Below, in pieces: positions 38,601 to 47,474 of a DNA stretch of 64,000 bases. The stretch comes from Planctomycetaceae bacterium. GTDB taxonomy: Bacteria > Planctomycetota > Planctomycetia > Planctomycetales > Planctomycetaceae. Numbering within the stretch: position 1 is the stretch's first letter; every line of letters begins with the position of its first letter. The stretch lies in assembly GCA_023260695.1 (NCBI GenBank), contig JALQUR010000438.1, positions 1,448 to 65,447 of the forward strand, written 5' to 3'. The notes under the pieces are model-generated. The model worked only from the letters and a program-made list of their open reading frames with translations. It did not search any database and was not told where the DNA came from. The translations under genes and the position numbers were made by a program.

Positions 38601-38732
38601 GACGCTGCCCGTGAACTGCTCAGCGTGGGCGCGTTTCCGGCGGAGCACCAGGACAAGGCCACCGAACTTGCTGCCTGGACCAGTGTGACCCGGACCATTC
38701 TGAACCTGCATGAAGTTGTGACTCGAAACTGA
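35637..38732 (+). CDS. PSCyt / DUF1549 / DUF1553 protein (second copy)
   Basis: The ATG at 35637 has GGAG 9 nt upstream and gives the signal peptide MVSQAARLFPILLLVAATAAAQ. NCYFCHGPD (CxxCH), RRLSLDLTGLPPD and GCAECHDHKFDP are present. Confidence 0.9.
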   Translation: MVSQAARLFPILLLVAATAAAQDGTAQRIEFNRDIRPILSDNCYFCHGPDQNHREAELRLDTKDGLLNKEQAVVVPGDPAGSLLIQRVESADPDTVMPPPDSGKSLTSEQAALLRQWIQQGGEFQGHWSFLPVNRERQTGPDAGPQAAAAVIDLLVQQQREAHGLKEAAPADPITLYRRLSLDLTGLPPDAEDAAAFAADPSPQAWEQAVDRMLQSPQFGERMAVWWLDLVRYADSVGYHGDQEVSISPFRDYVIESFNSNKRFDQFTREQLAGDLMPDADQQLLIASGYNRLGMMSAEGGVQPKEYLAKYIAERVRNASGTWLGITLGCAECHDHKFDPLTTQDFYRFEAFFADIREKGLYSGGGPADRWGPSIRVPTAEQKQQLTALDQQIAELQASYDANTPALLAELAEWEKSWVPWNVLRPQSAVARGDTQLTVNDDGSVLAGGPNPATESYTLTFDSLPAGTTAFRIDVLPHDSLPKRGPGRAGNGNFVLSELQVRIQGPDEQTLVPLQNATASYEQTGAAGANPYGKWAVAAAIDADEKGPTWGWAIMEQVGKQHYAVFETAADLTLPEGASLAITLEQNLDNPGHNIGHFRISAATNPRPVSGAATPPDEIAAILVVSAADRSADQQRQLHTWYRTVSAMLQPVRAQLADLQNKRTQLQNSLTLTLVTETVEPRMIRILPRGNWMDDSGEVVQPAIPAVFGGKPAAEGRLTRLDLANWIVSDENPLTARVTVNRVWKMLFGEGLSRRLDDLGAQGEWPTHPELLDFLATEFQAGGWDFQRLIRAIVLSATYQQSSLADDQLLAADPYNMWLARQGRFRIDAEFIRDTVLSISGLLIDEVGGPSVRPYQPAGYWAYLNFPTREWTANTGSSLYRRGIYTHWQRQYLHPALLAFDAPGREECTAQRSRSNTPLQALVLMNAPEYVEAARVLADEMLGIESADDRQKLDLVYRRALSRPASKAEVAILLDLLQNHRREYAENVDAARELLSVGAFPAEHQDKATELAAWTSVTRTILNLHEVVTRN

Positions 38733-38777
38733 AATCCAGCCGATCGGCTGTTGAACGCCCCTGCAGAAAGCAACCTT

Positions 38778-40193
38778 ATGAACCTTCTTCCTGCCAGTAT
38801 TGCACGACGGTCATTTCTTCGTGACAGCGGAATTGGCCTGGGATCGATGGCGCTTTCATCGCTGCTGAATTCCGAAGCCGCTGCTGCTCCGTTGTCTTCA
38901 GGAATCCCGGGGCTCCCGCATTTTGCTCCACGCGCAAAACGAATCATCTGGCTGTACATGGCCGGTGGCATGACTCACCTCGATACCTGGGATCACAAAC
39001 CGACCCTCGAGAAACTTCACGGCGAACCAATGCCGGAGTCCGTCACCAGCGGGCAGCAGATTGCGCAGCTTCAGGGGCAAAAACTGACGTGCTTTGCACC
39101 GCAGCATAAGTTTCAGCAGTGGGGCAAGTCAGGACAGTCGTTTGCTGAGATCTGGCCTCACCTCGGTGAAAAATGTGCGGACGACATGTGCATTGTGCGG
39201 TCGTTGCATACAGATGCCATTAACCATGATCCGGCTCACACGTTCATGAATACCGGCACCATGGTGTCGGGACGCCCTGCCATGGGATCATGGCTCACCT
39301 ATGGACTGGGAACCGCAACAGACAGCCTGCCCGGGTTTGTAGTCATGGTCTCCACAGGTGGCTTTGGACAGAAGCAGCCCATCGCTGCACGTCAGTGGCA
39401 CTCCGGATTTCTGCCGGGACAGTTCCAGGGCGTGGAGTTCCGTGCATCAGGTGATCCGGTACTGTATGCCGGCAATCCTCCGGGCATTTCCCGGAACATC
39501 CAGCGCGATGTCGTAAACTCTGTGCAGCAGCTGAATCAGCTCGCTGAACAGCGACTGCATGACCCCGAAATCAGTACCCGTATTCGCCAGTATGAACTTG
39601 CCTTCCGAATGCAGGCCAGCGTCCCGGACCTGATGAACGTGAGTGATGAACCACAGCACATCTTTGATCTCTACGGCACCAAAGGTGGAGATGGCACCTT
39701 TGCGTCCAATTGCCTGCTGGCCAGACGACTGGCCGAACGAGGAGTTCGATTCATTCAGCTGTATCACCGCGACTGGGATCACCATGGTGCCGTCAAGGAT
39801 CACTCGGCCGGCACCGCCAGAGAAGTTGATCAGGGTGCCGCGGCTCTGGTCTCAGACCTGAAACAGCGTGGAATGCTGGACGATACCATCATTGTCTTTG
39901 GCTCAGAATTCGGACGCACACCGATGGCCCAGGGCAATGGCCGCGACCATCACATCGCCGGCTTTACCATGTGGTTTGCTGGCGGAGGATTCCGGGCTGG
40001 CATGAGTTATGGCGGTACCGATGAGTTCGGCTATCACGCGGCGGAAAACCGAGTCTCCGTGCACGACGTACACGCAACTCTGCTGCATCAGCTGGGTGTT
40101 GACCATCGCCGCTTCACCTACAAGTTTCAGGGACTGGACGTCAAGCTGACCGGTGTGGAAGAGGCAAATGTTGTGCAGGACCTGCTGGTCTGA
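38778..40193 (+). CDS. DUF1501 domain protein (second copy, Tat signal)
   Basis: The ATG at 38778 gives MNLLPASIARRSFLRDSGIGLGSMAL (RRxFL). GSEFGRTP...GRDHH..GF.MWFAGGG is present. It starts 45 nt after the PSCyt gene. Confidence 0.9.
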   Translation: MNLLPASIARRSFLRDSGIGLGSMALSSLLNSEAAAAPLSSGIPGLPHFAPRAKRIIWLYMAGGMTHLDTWDHKPTLEKLHGEPMPESVTSGQQIAQLQGQKLTCFAPQHKFQQWGKSGQSFAEIWPHLGEKCADDMCIVRSLHTDAINHDPAHTFMNTGTMVSGRPAMGSWLTYGLGTATDSLPGFVVMVSTGGFGQKQPIAARQWHSGFLPGQFQGVEFRASGDPVLYAGNPPGISRNIQRDVVNSVQQLNQLAEQRLHDPEISTRIRQYELAFRMQASVPDLMNVSDEPQHIFDLYGTKGGDGTFASNCLLARRLAERGVRFIQLYHRDWDHHGAVKDHSAGTAREVDQGAAALVSDLKQRGMLDDTIIVFGSEFGRTPMAQGNGRDHHIAGFTMWFAGGGFRAGMSYGGTDEFGYHAAENRVSVHDVHATLLHQLGVDHRRFTYKFQGLDVKLTGVEEANVVQDLLV

Positions 40194-41003
40194 TCACAGC
40201 TGCTGATTCTCTCGGCTGCAATCGTCCTGTTCAGCAATCGACTGTTCGGCTGCAGCAAGCTCGTCTGCGGTGAAATCCCCGATTTCACTGCTGCATGCGA
40301 CGGCATCTGCAATCACCTGCGGTAACTCCTGCCGCAATCGCTGCGTGTCGAAATCTGGAAACAGATCCCGCAGACCAGTCAGCTGCGGCGCCAGCGGTGA
40401 AGACTGCAGCAGGATACTGCCGTGCTGCAGAATTGCTCCGCGACGACGACGCTGGGCGCTGCCTACAACCTTGATACCTGACGACGAGACGATGTCGTTG
40501 CCGTTGGAACGCAGGAAACACAGAAATGGCTCCACTTCTGTACCTGCAGAGACCTTCTCTGATGCATGCATCCGCTCTCGCGCTGCCAGATAGTCGCTCC
40601 GCAGACAAACTTCCGCTCCACATGAATTGAGCAGTTCGATCAGCGGATCATGCACAAGCGAATACAACAGAGACGGATCCCTGCGGACTGGATGACTTGC
40701 CGGAAGGCTGCAGGAATACGTCAATTCGCGGTCGTGCAGAATCGCTCCGCCACCAGACAGGCGTCGGACGCAGTCAAGCTGCTGCAATGGCTCCGGAGCA
40801 TCACGCAGTTCCTTCTGGAAGTAGCCCAGTGTCAGTGTCGGACTGACCCACTGATAAACTCGCACCGCGGCAAAGTCACCCTGCAGTGACTGATTCAGCA
40901 GCAGCTCATCCAGTGCCATATTCATGTGCCCGGTGCGGGGTGCAGAATCGGCGATCACCCGAACCGTTTCACAACGCATGGTTGCCGACGTCGAGGAGTT
41001 CAT
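40194..41003 (-). CDS. lipoate-protein ligase / BPL-LplA-LipB family protein
   Basis: RRLSGGGAILHD (the RRxSGGGAVxHD-type motif) and KVVGSAQRR (catalytic Lys context) are present. Its stop codon directly abuts the stop of the convergent DUF1501 gene. Confidence 0.85.
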   Translation of the reverse strand: MNSSTSATMRCETVRVIADSAPRTGHMNMALDELLLNQSLQGDFAAVRVYQWVSPTLTLGYFQKELRDAPEPLQQLDCVRRLSGGGAILHDRELTYSCSLPASHPVRRDPSLLYSLVHDPLIELLNSCGAEVCLRSDYLAARERMHASEKVSAGTEVEPFLCFLRSNGNDIVSSSGIKVVGSAQRRRRGAILQHGSILLQSSPLAPQLTGLRDLFPDFDTQRLRQELPQVIADAVACSSEIGDFTADELAAAEQSIAEQDDCSRENQQL

Positions 41004-41068
41004 AAGGCTCTTCCTTCAACCACACATTTCCGATCTCCGCTGCCGATCACAACCATAGCTGATCAGAT

Positions 41069-41848
41069 TCAGTCAGGGATTTTCAGCTCAATGCTCACTG
41101 GAGCATGATCACTGATCCCCAGAGTCAGTTCGCGATGAATCTCTGCTGACTGAAACAACGCCCGTGCACGCTGGTTGCAGAGCCAATAGTCGATTCGCCA
41201 GCCTCGATCCAGTTCCCGAGCACGCCCGCGATTGGACCACCATGAATACGGACCATCGCAGTCACCAGCATACTCTCGAGTCACGTCTGACCAGCCCGAC
41301 TGCAACAGACTGGTAAACCACTCCCGTTCGTGGGGCAGGAAACCCGAAGTTTCCTCGTTGGCCCTGGCGTAAAAAATGTCCTGCTCCGTGTGAGCAATAT
41401 TCAGATCACCTCCAAACACCACAGGGCCGCGGACCCGGCGACGACCATCCGCCCAGCGACGAAATACCTCCAGCCACTGATCCTTCACAGCCTGGCGTTC
41501 AGGACTGGAAGAGCCGGATGGCAAATAAACACTGGCCAGCGTCAATCCTCCGGTTCGAACCTGTACCACGCGACCTTCATCGTCTTTCCAGTCTCTCCCA
41601 ATCCCAGTCGTCACCTGCTCCAGTGGATAACGCGACCATACCGCCGTTCCGGAATAACCCGCACGTTCGGCAGGATTCCAGTACACATGCCAGCCCTGGG
41701 GCTGTCGCACCTCCTCCGGAAGCTGCTCTGGAAACGCGCGAACCTCCTGCAAAACCAGCACATCCGGCGCAATCTCAGAGATTGCTTCTGCGAAGCCTTT
41801 TCTGACCGCTGCTCTCAGGCCGTTCACATTCCACGATGTAAGTTTCAA
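41069..41848 (-). CDS. xth: exodeoxyribonuclease III
   Basis: (M)KLTSWNVNGLRAA aligns to the ExoIII N-terminus. LQEV, GDLNIAH and SDHAPV are present. The start codon is TTG at 41848, and no in-frame ATG or GTG lies upstream before a stop. Confidence 0.9.
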   Translation of the reverse strand: MKLTSWNVNGLRAAVRKGFAEAISEIAPDVLVLQEVRAFPEQLPEEVRQPQGWHVYWNPAERAGYSGTAVWSRYPLEQVTTGIGRDWKDDEGRVVQVRTGGLTLASVYLPSGSSSPERQAVKDQWLEVFRRWADGRRRVRGPVVFGGDLNIAHTEQDIFYARANEETSGFLPHEREWFTSLLQSGWSDVTREYAGDCDGPYSWWSNRGRARELDRGWRIDYWLCNQRARALFQSAEIHRELTLGISDHAPVSIELKIPD

Positions 41849-41901
41849 TGGGTAGTCCCCCCAAGGTCGGGCACAGGTTTCGTGCCAAAGTTTTCTGTTG
41901 C

Positions 41902-41935
41902 ATCGAGGATTCCTGTCAGAACCTCGATTTTTATT
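41902..41935 (+). terminator. orphan hairpin + T-run (terminator-like) in divergent intergenic region
   Basis: Stem is atcgagg/cctcgat (41902-41908 and 41922-41928) with a 13-nt loop, then tttttatt. A smaller hairpin ggcac-aggtttc-gtgcc precedes it at 41870-41886. No plus-strand gene lies upstream. Confidence 0.3.
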
Positions 41936-42254
41936 GGTCTTACGAAAAGAGAGCGAATGCTCTCAAGGCCGATAGGACAGACAGCAACCAGAAACTGAGG
42001 GGGATGCGCAGGCTGCAAAGTCTGCGCAACCCGAAGAAAACGTGCAACACGAAGATTCGTCACACACGACAGCTCTTCTGCATCTTTCCCAGACCTGCAT
42101 TACGAATCAGCAACTTCAAGGCCGCGAATTGGCTCGACACCCTGCCCATCCGCCCAGGCGGTAGTTTGGTGGTGGTACCCGCCATTGCAACTGAGAGGAA
42201 CACTGAATCGGCTCAGGTCGAAGGGAATTCATCGGATTCCACAGGACTTGAATC

Positions 42255-43589
42255 ATGAAACGCACTCCATTTATCGCTCTGGGTATCGCTGTCGCTGCGG
42301 CGATCTTAACAGGCGTGAAAGCACAGGATGTGTTTGATTCTGGCGATTCGGATCAGCCCGGTGCGGAAGTGCGGCAACCGGAAACTGCCAGCACCGGCTC
42401 AAATCTGAACCGAACCGCGTTCAACGCCCCCCGCGCGAGTCTGCGAAATCCAGGACTCACAGATGCGGGAAACCGCATTCAGCCACCTCCGTCTCGCATC
42501 CGTCTGCTGCCTCCGGAAGAGGTACTTGCAGACCGACTGCATGATATTGTGCTGGACGAGGAAAAAGGCTTTGCCGGGCGGATCTATTCAATCAGCCCGA
42601 CCGGACTGCAGCCGGCACCAGGCATGAACGTGCAGCTCCTGGCCCGCGGAGAAGCCCGAGGCGAATCCGTGACCGACAGCACCGGGCGTTTCCGATTTAC
42701 CGGCGTTGAAACGGACAAAAACGGAATCCTGATTGGCGGCCTCATCGCAACAGGACCAGCCGGCCTGGTGGTCTACGGTGCTCGAATCGTTGAACCGACA
42801 CCTGAAAATCCTGGTGGTAAGGAAATCGTACTCGACACAACATCCGTTCCCATCTCCGAATACGAACTGGCGCGAGCCATCATCTTTTCGAACATTGGGA
42901 CAAGGGACCTGCGGTTCAATCGACCATTGCTGCCGGATGACCTTGAATTCAAGGAGGGCGATGGAGCAGACTCCACTTCGGTGAATTATCACACCGCGCG
43001 AATCGCCGAGGATGGGCGTGTCTATGGCCAGGTCAATCTGCTGGACGAACGCACAGGTCGCTATCGCGAGGTGCTGAGCATGCGTGTCTATTTTCTGAAG
43101 GATGGTGTCGAAGCTGGTTCGGCGCGGGTCGCCCCCAACGGAGCATTTTCGGTTCCCGGTCTGGAACCCGGAATCTACGGCTGGGTCGGTGCCGGTCGAG
43201 ATGGGGTCTTCGGTATGGGACTTGAGGTGTTGCCACCACGAGAAAATGTGCAGATTGACGGGCGGCACGAAGCCGTTCCGGTCCGCATGGAACTGGCGGT
43301 TCAGGACACAATCGCGATCGCTCCCATCACAGCCGCGAACCTGAATTCCGGAAACGTAGCAGCTTACCTTGGTGGAAACCCAGCAGCCCTTGCGTCCGGC
43401 GAAACAACGAACATGGACAACATGCTCAACAGCACTTCAGGTGCTGCATCGCTTGGACCGGGCACAAAGGCCGGCTTTGGCGGAGCAGCATCAGTGGGCG
43501 CACCAGGCTTCGGCACGGCCGCGACCAACACCGCGATTGGGGTTGGTAGTGGATTTCTGATTGAGCGACTGATCAGCGAATTTGAATAA
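42255..43589 (+). CDS. secreted protein with carboxypeptidase-regulatory-like (beta-sandwich) repeats
   Basis: Signal peptide is MKRTPFIALGIAVAAAILTGVKAQ. Two segments have the G.V....G.P..G..V.L.....TDS.GRF.F.G pattern (for example VTDSTGRFRFTGVE and VAPNGAFSVPGLEPGIY). The C-terminus is G/A/S-rich. Confidence 0.6.
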   Translation: MKRTPFIALGIAVAAAILTGVKAQDVFDSGDSDQPGAEVRQPETASTGSNLNRTAFNAPRASLRNPGLTDAGNRIQPPPSRIRLLPPEEVLADRLHDIVLDEEKGFAGRIYSISPTGLQPAPGMNVQLLARGEARGESVTDSTGRFRFTGVETDKNGILIGGLIATGPAGLVVYGARIVEPTPENPGGKEIVLDTTSVPISEYELARAIIFSNIGTRDLRFNRPLLPDDLEFKEGDGADSTSVNYHTARIAEDGRVYGQVNLLDERTGRYREVLSMRVYFLKDGVEAGSARVAPNGAFSVPGLEPGIYGWVGAGRDGVFGMGLEVLPPRENVQIDGRHEAVPVRMELAVQDTIAIAPITAANLNSGNVAAYLGGNPAALASGETTNMDNMLNSTSGAASLGPGTKAGFGGAASVGAPGFGTAATNTAIGVGSGFLIERLISEFE

Positions 43590-43616
43590 CGTTGGCACAG
43601 ATTCAGGCAGAACATC

Positions 43617-43650
43617 AACTCCGCGCCAGCAATGGTTGCGGAGTTTTTTT
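43617..43650 (+). terminator. rho-independent terminator (plus strand)
   Basis: Stem is aactccgc/gcggagtt (43617-43624 and 43638-43645) with a 13-nt loop, followed by a T-run through 43650. It lies 28 nt after the 43589 stop. Confidence 0.75.
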
Positions 43651-43681
43651 GTGGCCTGAACATCTCACGTTTTTGCTGGAA

Positions 43682-44221
43682 TTACTTCTTTTTCGGCCGA
43701 AAAGCCACACAGTGCTGTGGGTCTGTTTCGAGTCGTGGGCCTTCCAGCAGATCAATGCAGTACGGAATAGCTGGCATTACTGCATCCATACATTCGCGCA
43801 CAGCGCGGGGTTGTCCAGGCAGATTGATGATCAGTGACCGGCCGCAGATTCCAGCGGTTTGCCGACTCAGAATTGCGGTCGGGACAACCTGCAGCGACAT
43901 GGCCCGCATCAGTTCACCAAATCCGGGCAGCATCTTCTGGCACACAGCTTCCGTGGCTTCGGGAGTGACATCACGCAGTGCCGGCCCTGTTCCGCCGGTT
44001 GTCACTATCAGGGCACATTGCTGCTGGTTGGCAAGTTGCAGCAGTGCCTCAGCAATCAGATCCTGCTCGTCCGGGACAATCCGCGAGACAGCCTCCCATT
44101 CGTTCAGCAGGATTTCGTTGAAATAATCCACTACCGCGGGCCCTCCTCGATCCTCGTAGACTCCTTCATGGGCTCGATCGGAAACGGTCAGAATGCCAAT
44201 TCTTATCTGCTGTGTCATCAT
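43682..44221 (-). CDS. mogA: molybdopterin adenylyltransferase MogA/MoaB family
   Basis: IGILTVSDRAHEGVYEDRGG and IVTTGGTGPALRDVTPEA (the MoCF-biosynthesis GGTG motif) are present. Length is 179 aa. Confidence 0.85.
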   Translation of the reverse strand: MMTQQIRIGILTVSDRAHEGVYEDRGGPAVVDYFNEILLNEWEAVSRIVPDEQDLIAEALLQLANQQQCALIVTTGGTGPALRDVTPEATEAVCQKMLPGFGELMRAMSLQVVPTAILSRQTAGICGRSLIINLPGQPRAVRECMDAVMPAIPYCIDLLEGPRLETDPQHCVAFRPKKK

Positions 44222-44352
44222 TCAGGATTCATTGAAGACGGGTTGAAATGCGGCCGATCGAGAGGCTGCTGATGTCGTCAGCGGTGGCCGCGGTTGAGGC
44301 AGATCCCGAAATCTGTCTGCGGAATCTGCCGTTCGAACTGCTCAACAGGAAC

Positions 44353-44375
44353 TTTCGTGCTTATTATGCACGAAA
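44353..44375. promoter_or_regulatory. inverted repeat TTTCGTGC-N7-GCACGAAA
   Basis: Read directly from the sequence. Two 8-bp arms flank an AT-rich 7-nt spacer (ttattat). It lies in the 346-nt divergent region between mogA (minus) and sucA (plus). Confidence 0.3.
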
Positions 44376-44567
44376 CGCCAGCTGTCGATACAGAATTCAG
44401 CTTCTGAAAACTGAGAGGATGGCGTGATCAATCTGTTGCAGTCGAAGTCAGTAAAAGCTGCAATGTGAGTTTCTGTTAAAGATTCCGTTTACTGTCAGAC
44501 AGCCAGTGGTTGTCACCGGCCCGTCTGAATCATCCAGTGCGATTTTTCTTGCCGTCAGGCACAGATC

Positions 44568-47474
44568 ATGTCCAACCCGTCGTCGCGCCCCGCATCTGCT
44601 CCATTATTCCTCGACTCAGACGATTCTGCCGAATCTCCTTCTGCCGGCCAAAGTGTCGGCCTGATTGGAGAGTCCGAAGCGGTCTTCGCAACTGACAATC
44701 TCGAGTTTGCTGAAGCTCAGCTCGAATGCTATCTGCAGGATCGAGCCTCCGTGTCGCCGGACTGGAGGCATTATTTCGACGAACTGCGCGTCGTCGACTC
44801 CGGATTGACTCCGGAGTCAATGCGGACCCCGTTTCAGTCGCAAAGTATCTTCCGACGCCTCGTTTCTCCCACTCGCGGAGCCGATGGTGATTCTGCCAGC
44901 GCTGCAAATGCTGCATTGCTGCAGGAACGACTGGAACAACTGATCCGCAGCTACCGCATCCGCGGTCACGTGGTTGCGAACATCGACCCGCTCAACGCTG
45001 AGCGACCGCGTCCAGCCGAACTGGACCCCGGGTTCTACGGCTTCAACGACGAGCACATGGACCGGGAATTCTCCACGGAATGGTCCGGCGGGCCGGACGT
45101 CCGAACACTCCGCGATATGGTGGACTGGCTGCAGACCACCTACTGCCGTTCCATCGGTGTGCAGTACATGCACATCGACAGTCTGCAGGTGCGAAAATGG
45201 CTTGAAACCCGGATGGAAAAGACCGCAAATCGACTTCGACTGTCGCGGTCCGAACAACTGCGAATCCTCGAACGGCTGAGCGATGCTGTTGTCTTTGAGG
45301 AATTCGTGCAGAAAAAATATGTGGGTGCAAAAAGCTTTTCGCTCGAAGGTGCGGAAAGCCTGATCCCGCTGCTGGACATAGCCATCGAGCATGCCGGCAG
45401 CCAGGGAATTGAGCTGATGGTGCTGGGAATGGCGCACCGCGGCCGGCTCAACGTGCTTGCAAATATCATGGGCAAGAAGCCTTCCAAGATCTTCCGCGAA
45501 TTTGATGACGTGGACCCTCAACTCAAGATGGGTCGCGGAGATGTCAAGTATCATCTGGGATACAGTTCTGATCGCATGACATCCTCCGGGCAGAACGTGC
45601 ATCTCACGCTCTGCTTTAACCCCAGCCACCTCGAATTTGTCAATCCGGTAGCGCTCGGACGCCTGCGTGCCAAGCAGGATCGTACCGGCGACAACGAACG
45701 CCAGAAGACCTGCTGTATCCTGATCCACGGTGATGCGGCGTTTGCAGGTGAAGGTGTTGTTCAGGAAACGCTGAACCTGAGTGAACTGCCTGGCTACCAG
45801 ACCGGGGGAACGCTGCACATCATCGTGAACAACCAGATTGGTTTCACCACTTCGCCTTCCGAAGGGCGATCCTGTGCCTACGCCACCGATGTGGCTCGAA
45901 TGCTGCAGGTGCCAATCTTTCATGTCAATGGTGAGGACCCTGAAGCCGTGGCTCAGGTAATTCACCTCGCCATGGACTTCCGTCAGCGATTCCAGCGCGA
46001 CGTCGTGATCGACATGTACTGCTTTCGTCGGCGGGGCCATAACGAAAGCGATGAACCGGCATTCACTCAGCCGACGATGTACCAGGTCATTCGTTCCCGC
46101 GAAACGGTCTTCAACAGCTTCCTCGATTCGCTCGTAAGTCTGAATGAAGTCTCCCGGGAAGAAGGTCTCGATATTGTCGCCCGCAGAGCCCAGGCCCTGG
46201 AAGAAGAGCTCAAGGAAGCTCGCCGTGAGGGATTTCAGTATCTGGAAGACAGCGGTGGTGGAGTCTGGCAGGGATACTTCGGCGGGATTGCTGCAACAGC
46301 AGACAATCCGGACACAACCATCGACGCTGATGCCCTCGCTCACCTGATGGCAGAGCTCACGACACCTCCCGTGGACTTCAATCCGCATCGCAAGGCCCAG
46401 GCAATTCTCTCTGCTCGCAGATTAATGGGGCAGGGAGAACAACTCTTCGACTGGGGTGGTGCAGAACTGGCAGCGTTCGGTTCTCTGGTGAAATCCGGAG
46501 TACGACTCCGGTTCAGTGGTCAGGATGTTCGTCGAGGAACGTTCAGCCATCGCCATGCTGCATTGTTTGACTGCAATAATGGGCAAATGTGGATCGGGCT
46601 GGCCGATGCAGCCGCCTCCCCTGATCTTGTGGAAATCTACAACAGCCCGCTGTCCGAAGTCGGTGTACTCGGTTTTGAATACGGTTACAGCCTTGATTGC
46701 CCCGACGGACTTGTGATCTGGGAAGCACAATTTGGCGACTTTGTGAATGTGGCCCAGGTGATCATTGACCAGTTTATTGCCAGTGCCGAAGACAAATGGA
46801 AACGCCTCAGCGGACTGGTAATGCTGCTTCCCCATGGAATGGAAGGTGCAGGTCCGGAACACTCCAGTGCCCGCCTTGAACGATTCCTTGCCATGGCTGC
46901 CGAAGACAATATTCAGGTCTGTTACCCATCCTCAGCAGCACAGTACTTTCACATGCTGCGGCGGCAGGCGTTCAGGAAATGGAAGAAGCCGCTCATCGTG
47001 ATGACTCCCAAGAGTCTGCTGCGTTCCCGCGATGCTTCCTCCGACATCAGCGAATTGACCTCCGGATCCTTCCAGGAAGTGCTGGCAGACAGCACTGTGG
47101 ATCCCACCAGCGTATCGCGAGTTCTGCTCTGCACCGGCAAGCTGTATTACGAACTCGCCGCCATGCGGGAGGAACTGGGGTGTCAGGACACCGCCATCGT
47201 GCGTATCGAACAGCTTTACCCGTTCCCGGCAGCTGCTCTGGACGAAATCCTTGCCGCATTTCCCGACAACGCCAGCATCTTCTGGGTTCAGGAAGAACCC
47301 AGAAACCAGGGAGCCTGGGGATTTCTGCGAATGCGGTTTGGCGAGCGACTTCTGGACAAGTATCCTTTCCGAGGCATTTCCCGCCCTGAATCGGCAAGCC
47401 CTGCAACCGGTTCTGCGACCAGCCACAAGATCGAACAGCAGACCATTCTTAAACAGGCTTTTGAACTCGAATGA
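44568..47474 (+). CDS. sucA: 2-oxoglutarate dehydrogenase E1 component
   Basis: 968 aa. [19 protein letters not shown] is the ThDP region. [10 protein letters not shown] and [21 protein letters not shown] are present. Confidence 0.95.
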   Translation: MSNPSSRPASAPLFLDSDDSAESPSAGQSVGLIGESEAVFATDNLEFAEAQLECYLQDRASVSPDWRHYFDELRVVDSGLTPESMRTPFQSQSIFRRLVSPTRGADGDSASAANAALLQERLEQLIRSYRIRGHVVANIDPLNAERPRPAELDPGFYGFNDEHMDREFSTEWSGGPDVRTLRDMVDWLQTTYCRSIGVQYMHIDSLQVRKWLETRMEKTANRLRLSRSEQLRILERLSDAVVFEEFVQKKYVGAKSFSLEGAESLIPLLDIAIEHAGSQGIELMVLGMAHRGRLNVLANIMGKKPSKIFREFDDVDPQLKMGRGDVKYHLGYSSDRMTSSGQNVHLTLCFNPSHLEFVNPVALGRLRAKQDRTGDNERQKTCCILIHGDAAFAGEGVVQETLNLSELPGYQTGGTLHIIVNNQIGFTTSPSEGRSCAYATDVARMLQVPIFHVNGEDPEAVAQVIHLAMDFRQRFQRDVVIDMYCFRRRGHNESDEPAFTQPTMYQVIRSRETVFNSFLDSLVSLNEVSREEGLDIVARRAQALEEELKEARREGFQYLEDSGGGVWQGYFGGIAATADNPDTTIDADALAHLMAELTTPPVDFNPHRKAQAILSARRLMGQGEQLFDWGGAELAAFGSLVKSGVRLRFSGQDVRRGTFSHRHAALFDCNNGQMWIGLADAAASPDLVEIYNSPLSEVGVLGFEYGYSLDCPDGLVIWEAQFGDFVNVAQVIIDQFIASAEDKWKRLSGLVMLLPHGMEGAGPEHSSARLERFLAMAAEDNIQVCYPSSAAQYFHMLRRQAFRKWKKPLIVMTPKSLLRSRDASSDISELTSGSFQEVLADSTVDPTSVSRVLLCTGKLYYELAAMREELGCQDTAIVRIEQLYPFPAAALDEILAAFPDNASIFWVQEEPRNQGAWGFLRMRFGERLLDKYPFRGISRPESASPATGSATSHKIEQQTILKQAFELE

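Noticed and set aside
41632-41640. DnaA-box-like sequence (reverse complement TTATCCACT).
   Set aside because: It is a single imperfect copy inside the xth coding sequence. There is no cluster, no AT-rich unwinding element and no dnaA/dnaN context.
44222-44567. Idea of a Moco riboswitch upstream of mogA (minus strand).
   Set aside because: I could not find the conserved Moco-motif core sequences or a convincing multi-stem fold by eye. Only an Infernal/Rfam scan could settle it, so I make no call.
44817-46388. 523-aa ORF antisense to sucA. Similar long antisense ORFs are 51989..53302 in carB, 30650..31819 in guaA, 49324..50292 in lpdA, 18602..19870 and 17386..18243 opposite C45/dus, 56171..57130 opposite DUF1501, and 3256..4227 opposite the PSCyt gene.
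   Set aside because: Each lies fully inside a gene whose sense-strand product carries unambiguous family motifs. Their translations are R/S/P/H-rich with no recognisable motifs. Stop-codon depletion on the antisense frame of codon-biased genes explains them. Their frequency is a compositional property, not evidence of overlapping genes.
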